The position numbers were made by a program, and so were the translations under genes. This document shows positions 11,503 to 22,805 of a stretch of DNA of 64,000 nt, one piece after another. The notes beneath the pieces were generated by a model. That model made no database searches and had not been told where the DNA came from. It saw only the letters and a list, made by a program, of their open reading frames with translations. Positions within the stretch are counted from its first letter, which is position 1. The number at the start of each line of letters is the position of its first letter. Source of the stretch: Perna viridis (taxonomy: Eukaryota); assembly GCA_037379345.1 (NCBI GenBank), contig CM074521.1, positions 6,448,001-6,512,000 of the forward strand, written 5' to 3'.

Positions 11503-14224
11503 TTTACATTGTAATTTGATCGGAGTAGTGACTTAAACCATCTTAACACAGGCTGACACCTTCTTAACAACATTTTCGGCGCTAGTCTGAAATAGTCTGA
11601 ACGTGATTGAACCGGTCATGAATGGATACGAAAGACTGAACCGACTCAAATAGACTGAACAAGACTTACATGTTCAGACTGGTCAGACTTGTTCAGACCG
11701 AAATGGCCGTTCAAGACTTTAACCAAAGTACTAGTGTCTCACTCCGGCGTCCCGTTCATTAACGGTGAAAAAATAATGAGTTACCAGTTACCTTATAATT
11801 TAGTGTAGCCTGTAACCATGTAATATGAAACAATGTTATTTAAAGCATTTATGAGCCGTCGATGGTATAACGGTCAACTTTCATTGTCAAAATGTATGAA
11901 ACGGGTGGGTGAAAATTTTTGGGGCCGCACACTCGTACCCTTTTACCTGTTAAATTACCCCCACCACCAGTACTCATATGGCGCACTTATAGAAACGAAA
12001 TTATTTGTAATATTAGTACTACGATTAATAGTGTTGGTACATGTACTTAGTACTACGGGTCGAAGATGCTCGTAATTACTATCTTACATTCATGATTTAA
12101 CATTCTGCGTACCCTGCCCCTTACGCAAACAAACATCTGGCTGATTATTTAGAATATTGTAGGCTAGTGAACGAGTTCTCCTTTAAAGTAGTCCATTCTA
12201 CACACATGTGTAATTGGTTACAGAATATTTTCCTAAATTGATCTTTTGATCTATACGTGTACGGAAAGCAAAATTTACATACCCCCGTTTTAGACAAGTA
12301 AAGTTAGACAAAAACAAGCAAAATGATACCATTTGACCATACTGGTATTCAAAACATGTCTAACTCACCCAGGCAAATTAGTTATTTAAAGTACCACTGC
12401 TGGCAAAGAAATCTGATTTTAATAATTGAATTACAGGACCAATCATTATTTTTATGCAACTATCTTCTCTTTATGTTCATGAGTTAATTATTTTTTTTCT
12501 TTTAATCTAGAATAAATTTTTCACATACATTTATATTTTCCTTGTAATAACAGACAGTAGTTTACCGGGCTATCGCAGTTGATGGCAGTCCAAGACGAGC
12601 AAGGGACAAAACTGCGAAACTGTGCAGATTGGCGACTCGTGTTAATGCTACCAAAAAACAATTCTCCCTTTATTGTATGGGACATTTGTGTGTTTTTTGG
12701 ATATTCATATAAAACAAACAAACAAAAAAAAAAAAAAAACAAAACAAAAAACAAAATGCTACAATTTTAACTGTACCAAACATATGTCCAGTTTTTATTT
12801 GAAATATTTATTTCTAATTTAATACACTTGTGCATAAAGAATTCCGAAGTTGTTTTTATTCATGCTGTTAGTAACATATAATTATAAATCAAATACACAT
12901 TTTAGTTTAGAAATAGTGACCATGTTCCTTCTGTACATCAGAAGTCTCAGCGAGCGCATTCATACACAGGTGTGTGTTACGGTTGATACATTATTCTAAC
13001 GAACAATTCAAATTCATCAAGAATAAAAACTTCCAATTGTAGCGATTCAAGGGCAGATCCGAAACAGTTAAGGTCTGTTTCAAAAATGTTCTCGGCTATA
13101 ATTGCTCATTTCTGATAATTGTTGAAGTGAGTAAAACAGGGAACTGAGCAGAACATAAAGTCAGATCAATGTACCTAAAACATAAACAAGCATCTCCGCA
13201 CCCAAACCTAAACTGAAAATCAATGCATGCATCAATTACCAGAAAGCCTCGTGGTCACGGCCCATGATGAGACATGACGCCCTTCTGTGCAATGGACACA
13301 ACTATGTTACAATAAACAGGATGTAGTTGACACGCATGTGGTTTAATTTATACGAAACAGCTTAGACTATAAATTATTGACTGAGGGCAAATGGAAGGTT
13401 CAGGTTACATCAGGTGTTTTTCATAATGCGTCTATGAAAAGAAATTACATTTGCTAATGGAATTTAGTATTTAATATATAGTCTGTACAGTAAGTGCTAT
13501 ATAAACACATGCCTGCACTTGTACATACATGTATAACATGCCTTGCTATTATAACCTTAAACCCACCGGGACAGGCCTGTGGTTGTTACAGACATGATCG
13601 CAGGATGCAGCAGCGAAAAAGTCTGTTTGGCACCAAATAGAAGCTATAATTTTCTATGAAGAGATTCGAAAATACGGTAAATATCTTTGCTACTTAGAAA
13701 TGTAAACATGATATCGCTCTGCACTTATATTAAAGTATATCCAAATACTATAACTACATGTACGTATTCACACATGACGCCTAGGAATTGCATGTACATC
13801 CATTGATTAAATGGAACGACAAAATAATTCGTCGGGTAACTGTTTAGATTGATATACGGACTGCAACGTGTTCGCATTTTAGCATTATTGTATTTAAAAC
13901 AGCCATCCATACGTGCATTCTTTTTTCAAACTTAACTTCTAAATTACATACTGTATACATCAAATTGAAAAACCTACAATATACCCTACACATTTATTGG
14001 GTTTCTCTCCTTAATAAAACATAAATTCCCCCACATATTCCTGTCGGCAGAATAAGGTTTCACTGAGAACCTTATCTTTTTATTAAATATGCACTGTCTG
14101 CATTCCTTTTTTACATATGTATTTACTTATCAGCTGGAACTTGCATAAAAAACCTCACTCATAGCGACGATGGTCACTATTATTGGTTCTAAGTAGTTGA
14201 AAAAAGTACATACAGAAAGGTCAA

Positions 14225-14445
14225 TTGTGACATTAACCAGAATCTTGCAAAATGATTTGTGGCGATGAGGTATCAAATTTCAAGATGCAGATCACAGGAT
14301 ACACTGTCGTAGATGGCGAAATGAATAAAACAAGAGACGGACCCGAAATTTTTAGAACGTTTCTAGCTAGGAAATTCAAAGGAAGGGTTCCACGATATTA
14401 TAAGAACAATTTGCCTCACAAGTGTTCAACAAAAGAAGTATGAAA
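14225..14445 (+). pseudogene. Possible decayed BEN-domain coding remnant
   Basis: Across frameshifts: LTRIL/KMICGDEV..ITGYTVVDGEMNK/TDPKFLE/FLARKF..NNLPHKC. This resembles the BEN pattern (..TG....K..LDP....KF....I..KC). Confidence 0.4.
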
Positions 14446-14524
14446 AAGCTAACACGAAAAAAAAAGTCAAAAAGGTTAAATCAAAAAGATTGGACAAAAA
14501 ACATTCGATTAAAACATAATACAT

Positions 14525-14905
14525 GATTAAACGCAAACTAAGTGACAATCCAAACATATCTGATTAAATGCGGATTTGTTTTGTCAGTCTTAAAATGTCT
14601 GAATAAACGCAAAATAAGTTTAATCAGTCCAAAAAGGTCTGATTAACCCAAAATACGTTTAATCAGTCCAAATGTGTCTGATTAAACGTCAAATACGTTT
14701 AATCAATCCAAATTTGTCTGAGTCAATGTAAAATAAGTTTAGTTTATTCTGTCAAGTTTTAACTTAAACAGTCGATACAAAAGGCTGTACCAATTTCATC
14801 AGTCAGAATCAGTCCATTCGTCAGTCATTATCAGTCATACATAGACTTTATCAGTTAAAATACGACTGACTATGGTACGGATAGTCGTTTTTTTGTACAG
14901 TAGTG
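14525..14905 (-). repeat. Right subterminal repeats plus right TIR (~14744-14905)
   Basis: CTGATTAAAC..GTTTAATCAG units; ends TTTTTTTGTACAGTAGTG. Confidence 0.85.
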
Positions 14906-16050
14906 TATAAGAACGTTATTTGCTTCGAGATAAGCCATCAGTCTATGGCTCAAAATTGACGTAAAAATCTTTGAGAAAACACTAGTGATCGTAATGCCCC
15001 TATAATTATTCATCTTAGATAAGTCACCAGTTTTCGAAATTGGAGTTATGGATCCGATCGACCATGATTCTGGATAATCTTCTTTAGTGTAGATATAATC
15101 GAATAGTTCAGTACAATTTGGAGAAAAAAATGTCCTTCAGTGCAATGAAAACTTCTCCGACTAAATTTTTGGGTCCAGAACTAGAATTCTTTTTTAATAT
15201 ATCAATAGTCTTTGTTACTTTCTCGACTGATATTTCCTTTTCAAGTTCTTCTATTTCATCATTTCTTCCAATGCTAAGGTCGCGGTTATTATTTCTATTT
15301 TGATCACAATTCATTTGGAATGATTTAGGAAGTCAGATTTACTAAGATTGGTTACACATTTCCAGTTCTTTCGCTTCAATTTTTTCCAAAACTCACGAGG
15401 ATTTTATTTAGCTAAGTTGGCGATGCTCGCTTTTTTACGTTCGGCGTACATTCGTTTAGTCTTTCTTCTAACACTATTGTATCTCCTTCGAGCCTTATTC
15501 ATTAAATTCCTATTTATTTGTGACATGTTGTTCTGATATTGTCTCTGTTTAATCTTAAAATTCGTCTTTGACTCAGCACATTGATCATTAAACCATTCTG
15601 GTTTAGGTTTAGTGGCACTAAATCTTGGTTTTGAAAATGACATTTGTTTACCAAAAACTTCAAATGATTTTGTATATAAATGATTGAAAAACCTTTTGTA
15701 TAACATTATCAATACTAGAACCAGAATGTAACTGATCAATACAAAATCTGAAATAACTAACATCCTCAGCAATATTTCTCTTGAAAATATCAACCTTATC
15801 TTCAATCCATATAATCTTTCTAAAAGAGGTTTCATTAAAAGTTTCATTAACATGTTCATAACTGCATTACTATTCAAATGATATTGGACAATATACCAAA
15901 ATAGGCAGCCAATCTCCTACTTCACCATTACGTACTCTATCTAAAAGTTCAGGGTTTACAATAACGTAATCATTAACGCTTGACCTTCTAGCAGTATGAC
16001 AAGTAAATGTACCTTGATGCTCTTTACCTGATCTACCATTTAAAATGGAG
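14906..16050 (-). mobile_element. Degenerate non-LTR retrotransposon ORF2 (APE endonuclease end, linker, start of RT; CR1/L2-group-like)
   Basis: ILNGRSG..GTFTCHT..SSVNDYVIV..CPISF; KPEWFNDQC; NPREFWKKL; LEKEIS..KKNSSSGP; YPESWSIGSITPISKTGD..NNYRGITI; HRLMAYLEANNVL. Confidence 0.88.
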
Positions 16051-17371
16051 GAATATAAGTGTTCTGCATTTGTTGAATTTGTAGCATTTAGTGCATGTTC
16101 ACATTTGGTTGGGCCGTTTGTTCCGGAATACACAGTCGTGGGTCAAGACGCAAACGGGGATCAGTATTAACTCTAAAATCCATCGCATCAGGGGAATAAC
16201 GGGGATTCGAATGTTGTATGGAGTGTATATATGGAGTGAGTTGTGGTGAGTTTTGCGTTGGTTCATGTTTTCACCACTCATGACTCTTTTACGTTTTTGA
16301 CTGTTCTTTATTGTGGGAATATTGACTATTTCATCAGTTACTTTTCCGGTTTTGGTAGTATTACTCTTCAATGCACTATTAATGCTTTTTATTCATAAAG
16401 TTCTTCTCAAACATTTCATTCAAAATACATCTGAAATCGGAAGAATCTTCAAAAATTCCAACAGCAGAAAAAATCATAATTTTTGAACTAGCTGAGCATG
16501 CGCAAAAGGTAACACGACAAGTTCAAGATAAAAAATATTTTCTAGGTATTACTATAGGGCAAGAACAATTCTGAAAATTTTGTCTCATTTTAATGAAAAA
16601 AAGCTGTTCCACACAGAAATTTCAAGTTTTTTTTTCATAAAAAGTATAAATTTTTCTAAGCCCTGGTGTGTTAAAAAAAACCCCAAAAGAACTAGTTAGT
16701 ACAAATCTGGGGTGCCTTTCCAAAACTTAAAGCCAAAAACTATGTTTATAGAAAAATATTATTATAACTTAGAAACTAGCTCAGGATGAAAGAGGAGGTT
16801 GAAAAAGGTAAAAATAATAACACTCTTTCCGAATCCTTTACTGGCAATTTTAGTTCCTAAAGTTTGTGCGAAATAAGGTATTTTGAAGCTGATGCTGAAG
16901 AGAGACCTAATATGGCATGGACTGACATGTTGGGATATCATTCTTCAGTTATATAACACCTGTTTACCATTACATATATTACATCTGTCTATCTACAAAT
17001 GCTTAACTACATTTAAACCATATATCCGTCAAATTTCAACTTTTAGTTTTAAGTTTTACAAAATTAGACTTGGTGTGCGAAATCAGTGCGCCTAAATGTA
17101 ACACTGCACCCTATTAAAACAAGAGATTTAAGAGCAAAAAATAATAATGAATAATGCTGTTAAAATTTTAAAAGACGTATTGGAATTGGTTGATCACGAA
17201 GGTCATCTAAACAGAAAATAGAATGAAGTGATGTTAGATTCTACATGCAGTGACAAAATGTAACTATTGATAGGTCTAGTTTTACTTATATTCTTACATC
17301 TTCAACTGCCAAGTGTAATGTGAAAATTTTTATCGCCTTGTTCTTAGTAGAGATCTAGATTCATTGTATGC

Positions 17372-18730
17372 CGAGGGTCATTGTATACTATGTATGAAGA
17401 AAAGGGTAATGGCATTGCATGAGATGTAAGAAATTCAATGAATATCGTGTATGAAGAATGGGCAATTTTATGTTGTGAATGAGTAGAGAGTCATTGTATA
17501 ACGTGTATGAAAATAAAAGTAAAGGTGTAAAGTATGAATGGTGAGAGGGTAATTGTATCACGAGTGTGACGAAAAGGTAATTTTATTTTGTGAATGGTGA
17601 GAAGGTCATTCAAAACACCGTATATGAAAAAAGGGTTATGGCATAGCGTGAATGGTGAGATCATCGATCGTTGTATAACGTGTATGAAGAAAAAGTAATG
17701 ATGTAGCGTGAATGGATATAGGGGGTCATTATATAACTTGTATAAAGAAAGGGTAATGAATTAGCATAAATGATGAGAGGGTCTTTGCATATCATGTTTG
17801 AATAAATGGTTATTGAAAAGCGTAACTGATCAGAGGGTGATTCATACCATGTATGAAGAGAGGGTTATGGTATAGCGTGTATAATGAGAGGGTCAATGTA
17901 TACTGTCTGTGAAGAAAAGATAATGGCATAGCGTGCATGGTGAATAGGTCATTTTATAGAGGGTATGAAGAAAGGAAAAGGGTGTAGCGTTAATAGAGAG
18001 AGGTTAATTGCATAGCATGTATAAAGAAAAAGTTACTGACATAGCGTGAATGGCGAAAGGATCATTGAATTGCGTGTAGGAAGAAAAAAGTAATGACATA
18101 GCGTGATTGCTGAGAGGGCATTTGTATATCGTGTATGAAGAAAGGGTAATTGTAAAGTGTAAATGGTAAATGGCTAAAAGGTCAATGTATAACGTGTTCG
18201 GAAAAAGTGTTCTGGTGAGAAAGTCATTGTATATCGTTATGAAGTGGTATATTGTGATTGCTGAGAGGCTAGTTGTAAATCGTGAATGAGGAAAGGGTAA
18301 TGGTGAATCATGAAGAGTAACAGGGTCATTATATTCCATGTATGAAAAAGGGTAATGGTATGACGTGAATAGTGATAAGGTCAATGTATACCGTCTATGA
18401 AGAAAAGATAATACCATAGCGGAAATGATGAGAAAGTCAATGTATAACGTGTACGAAGAAAAGGTGTCTGCTTAGCGGTAACTATGAGAAAGTCCCTGAA
18501 AATGATGTGTGATGAAAGGATTATTTTATTTCACGAATGGTGAGAGGGTCGTTCCAAACCGAGATTGAAGAAGAGTTTTGGTACAGCATGAATTGTATCA
18601 AAAAGGACAATGGTATGACAGGAATGGTGATAAGGTCAGTGTATATCATCTATGAAGAAACGAGTAATGCCATAGCCTAAATTATGAGAGAGTAATTGTA
18701 TAACGCGTATGAAGGAAGGATAATGGTATT
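17372..18730. repeat. Degenerate tandem repeat, period ~57 bp (~24 units), built from two related 28/29-bp halves
   Basis: GGGTAATGGCATAGCGTGAATGGTGAGA alternates with GGGTCATTGTATATCGTGTATGAAGAAAA. Confidence 0.88.
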
Positions 18731-19389
18731 ATGTGACGGATGTTACATGTGTCTGTGCAACTACTTAGACAAGACAATTCTTGACAATTCAAGACAATTG
18801 ATAATTTACTGGAAACATTTTATAGGTTAGCCAAATCGTACGATATGTTTTCAGATTAGAGCATCATGTTTGATGACTTTCATGACAAGTGATCCAAAAA
18901 GCTACGAATGTCCTGCTGTGTCACATTGTAAGTAAGTAAAATCCGGTCAGAGTCACCGAAATAATGACGCCTTCGACACTCAGGGTAAAGGTGGGTACAC
19001 ACAGATGTAGAACCAGAAACAATCTCTTGTTCACAAATAATGTCAAGTTTCATGATGTAAATAATATGGAAATCGCCAAAAATCATTCAAATACACAAAC
19101 TAAATGTAGAATAAAAAAATCACCTTTTACTTAAACCTCAAACGCTAAAAGGTTGCTTATTAAGTTCATAAATGGTATATTAATAAACCATGCGAAAAGT
19201 AACAATATAATTTAATAGTTATGATTGATTAAGGGAAATGTATCTTTGTCTAATTTCAACAATGATGGTTATTTGATTAAGAAGCTGTTCATCTGAAAAT
19301 CAGGAAGATACTAAGGTTAGCCCAGGGTAAGTTTTACCCCTCTATATTTTGGGTGCATAATAGTTATATCATATATATGTCCAAAAGAA

Positions 19390-20056
19390 CAAAGATTATT
19401 TAAATATGGTAATAGAAATGTCAGAAAATTTGGCGACGGGCATCACGGAGACGAAAATGTTGGACATTTGAACTAGAAAAAAACAGTAGAAAGGCTGAAC
19501 ATAAGAGACATGGTATACAATTAAACGATATCAACAAAATTTGCGATGACAAGTATCACAGAGAAATTAATAGAACTAGATAACTTTGAGTGACATGCGG
19601 AACTATTTAACGATAGAAATTACTTAGAAAACGGAAATAAGCTGAGAACTTACCTTCAATATAAATATAGTGTTGAATCTGAACAATACGTAAAGCTGAA
19701 CATTTTAAGGATGGAGAGACGGACTACGGCTCTGTTTAGAACTGGTTGTCTACCACTTGCCTATGAAACCCGTAGATATTCCAGGCCGCCAGTTCCGATT
19801 GATGATAGACTTTGCCTTCTATGTGACAATAGTTCAGTTGAAACAGAGAAACATTTTCTTATTGAATGTCCTCTACACACGATATGAATTGCTTTTGGCA
19901 TGCTCTGATCATATCGAACATTTTAGCATGTTAGACAATGATGAAAAATATTTAAGTATAATGAAGTGTAATGACATTCAGATGGTACTTTGCAATCTGC
20001 TAAACAAATTTTATGTTAGTAGAAAACTGTTTTTGCATTAATTATTTAAAAAAAAA
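19390..20056 (+). mobile_element. 3' end of a LINE ORF2 with C-terminal zinc knuckle
   Basis: GNKLRTYLQYKYSVESEQYV..ALFRTGCLPLAYETRRYSRPPVPIDDRLCLLCDNSSVETEKHFLIECPL (C-x2-C...H-x4-C), followed by a stop and an A-rich tract. Confidence 0.85.
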
Positions 20057-21313
20057 TCTGTTTTATGGGTCAATATTCCTCCTACTGTTACAATAATTTC
20101 TGGAATAACCTGTGTATGATTGAGCCCTGTCCGCAGTGGATTTCTGCTGGAGTTGGGATGCCACATCACAGTCATGGACCTCCGCTGTTGTGTTATCTCA
20201 TCCCTATCAATCCAGTGTGTGAAGAGGTAATGGGTGCATGCATGCAAGGGGTGTGTCTAAATGTGATGGTGTGAGGGATTATTAAAAACAACATCTAGCT
20301 TTGAGAAAAGATGCAAATATGAAATTAAATGGATGAACATTTAAAAAAAACAAAATTTGTCATCGTCAACCCACTGTCTTGTTTTTGCAAGGACATAAAA
20401 AAAAAGACGGCTTTAGGTCTCACTTACCATTTCCGGGTAAATTAATCACCTCTCTATGCAATATAAGAGCAAAAAGATCGTAAATATATTAATCATGCGT
20501 GTTTAATTTTATTTCAATGATAGATATTGTTATCAGGATAAAGCTTACATAGCCACTTTAAGAATGTATTTATTATTTTAAGAGGTCATTCAAGCAAACC
20601 AAGGCAGTTGGTGGCACATGACAATTTCTATTGTGAAAATATCTAATTTACCTAGGTCATATCACAAATGCATCTTTCACGAAGTTGAATGTTGGTATTT
20701 GATTAACTGCAACGATAAAAAAATAAATTACTTTGAAGCATGGAAAAAGGGAGATAACTATTTAATTTGAGCAAAGTTTGGTTTCGTTTTTAATGAACTT
20801 TAAAATCATTTTCTGAATCATCCATTGTCGATTAAATACTTTTTATTTACATTTTGCATACATGTGGTACATACACTACATTTGAATAAACAAAATCAGT
20901 GGGGTAAAATTTACCATAAGATCTGCCTGATTTTTACTTAGACAGCGTTTTAGGTAGTCCGTACTAACACTAATGATATATTTGAAAACAACTATTTCAC
21001 AGGTTTTAATACATTATACATTAATATACATTAAATGAAAATATTGGCAGTTTTATATGCAAATGCATGTATCATAGATCTTGACTTTTGACGAACCAAG
21101 TATTTAAAGTATAAAACATCCTAAATGACCCAGTTTCCAGTGGCTGTTTCTATCTAATTAAATATCATACATATGTTGTAATAAAGTTGATTCAATGTAT
21201 GATTTGCATAAAACACATTTTAATAATTCACTGTAGTACAGCTACAGTGATAGTCATGCCAGTCTGTTCTCACGCTGTTCTAAGAGCTGACAGTTGATAA
21301 ACAAGGTTTTCTA

Positions 21314-21523
21314 TTAAGGAAGTAGACCAAGGTAAGGGACACAACTCTTACAAATCATTGGAACGTTTGTATTTGGGCTTTTTATATCAATCTCTTGTAA
21401 GCATGGATTGATTTCATTCTGTTTCAAATAGAAGCTAGAAAGGCTTTGGGGGAAATTGAATATGATACAAACATATCACTGATTTAAAGAGTTATGTCCC
21501 TTACTTTTGGTCTACCTTCTTAA
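21314..21523 (+). mobile_element. TTAA-flanked MITE (Kolobok-like, GGAGGTAGACC.. TIR)
   Basis: TTAA-GGAAGTAGACC..GGTAAGGGACACAACTCTT ... AAGAGTTATGTCCCTTAC..GGTCTACCTTC-TTAA. Confidence 0.75.
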
Positions 21524-21759
21524 ATCCGAATAGTTGATGGAAGAAAAAAATTATGTGTCTGTTACCACAATACTCTATATCAACGAATTGTAACTACTTC
21601 ATTTTCTTTGATATTTATATTCTAAATTCTAAGATTCTAAATTTGTCCTTGGATGGACTATAAATGCTTTTTATTGGCTTAGTCATTCGATAATAGGCCT
21701 AAAACACTACTTTATTATTTCTATTTTCTAAAAATACTATTGGTCCTAAGCAATCAAAT

Positions 21760-21919
21760 TTAAGGAGGTAGACCTAGGGTAAGGGACACAACTTTAATAA
21801 ATCATTCAAACGCTTGTATTTAGCATTTTACATCAATCCTATGTAAGCATCTAATTAACTTGGATTTACTTTATTCTGATTTCATGAGTTATGTCCCTTA
21901 CCCTAGGTCTACTCCTTAA
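21760..21919 (+). mobile_element. TTAA-flanked MITE, internally deleted copy
   Basis: TTAAGGAGGTAGACCTAGGGTAAGGGAC ... GTCCCTTACCCTAGGTCTACTCCTTAA. Confidence 0.8.
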
Positions 21920-22585
21920 ACAATTGAGAGAAACCGAGCAAAAAAATGAGGCGAATAAAATAATTACAAGGCTGTTTTTCATTGAATTCTTGCATAGTTA
22001 AAAAAACATATTGATTACCCGGACAAGAGAGAGATATTGACTAAGATCATCATCAACGAAGTCGATACCACTGCCCAAAGGGTAAGGTATTTTTTTTAAC
22101 TATTATCATGATTAAGCTGAAAGCATTGAAGTAACCATAAATTTACTGATTTTCAACAGGCTGTTAAATAGTTTTGTACATTTCGACAGCTGATATAAAC
22201 TGCCTTGATTTGATACGAAAACAATATATTCAATATTTGTCTCTCCCTTAAAAATACAGAAGGTAAAGGAACAAAGAGCTTCAACGAGATTTGACGACAC
22301 ATACAATATCTGTTTCATATTTTATTTCCATCGACTAAAATAAAAATGAATATCAACAGATATACTTTAGGAATCTTCAATTTATTTTAATTCATAGGGA
22401 AGGAGTGTAAGGTGAGTAAAAAAAAACAAGTGAACATAACCACTTTTTTCAAACTACTGTGAAAGCAGAAATGTTCGTTACGGACTTCATTTTGTGGCAA
22501 GAACAATCTACAAAAATAAGTCCCCCTAAAATGTATGTGCAAAAATATATTTCATATAAAGCATTACTCTGAAATAAAATGTAAT

Positions 22586-22805
22586 TTAAGGAGGTAGACC
22601 TAGGATATGGAACATAATTCTTCAAATCAGTGATATGTTTGTATTATATTCAATTTCACCGAAGCCTATCAAGCTTTCATATAAAACAGTATGAAATCAG
22701 TCCAAGTTACTTTGATACTTGTGTGAGATTGATGTAAAATGCTGAAAACAAACGTTCCAATGATTTGTAAGAATTGCGTCACTTATCCTAGATCTACCTC
22801 CTTAA
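22586..22805 (-). mobile_element. TTAA-flanked MITE, opposite orientation
   Basis: Same TIRs; the interior is the reverse complement of the 21314 copy. Confidence 0.8.

Larger units (their letters stand above)
5856..14905. mobile_element. CACTA/EnSpm (CMC)-type TIR element, 9050 bp, non-autonomous, containing a Polinton-like viral gene block
   Basis: Left end CACTACTGTACAAAAAAAAAACGACTGTCCGTACCATAGTC (5856) and right end GACTATGGTACGGATAGTCGTTTTTTTGTACAGTAGTG (14905) are inverted copies. Similarity runs ~160 bp, then continues as subterminal repeats. The two flanks are halves of one LINE. No transposase was recognised. Confidence 0.8.

Noticed and set aside
12150-12168. Possible inverted partner of the AGTAGT motif at 8016
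   Set aside because: Only 14 of 19 bases match, in AT-rich sequence, and the match does not extend.
18004-18417. 137-aa minus-strand ORF
   Set aside because: Lies wholly in the 57-bp satellite; the open frame is a compositional by-product.
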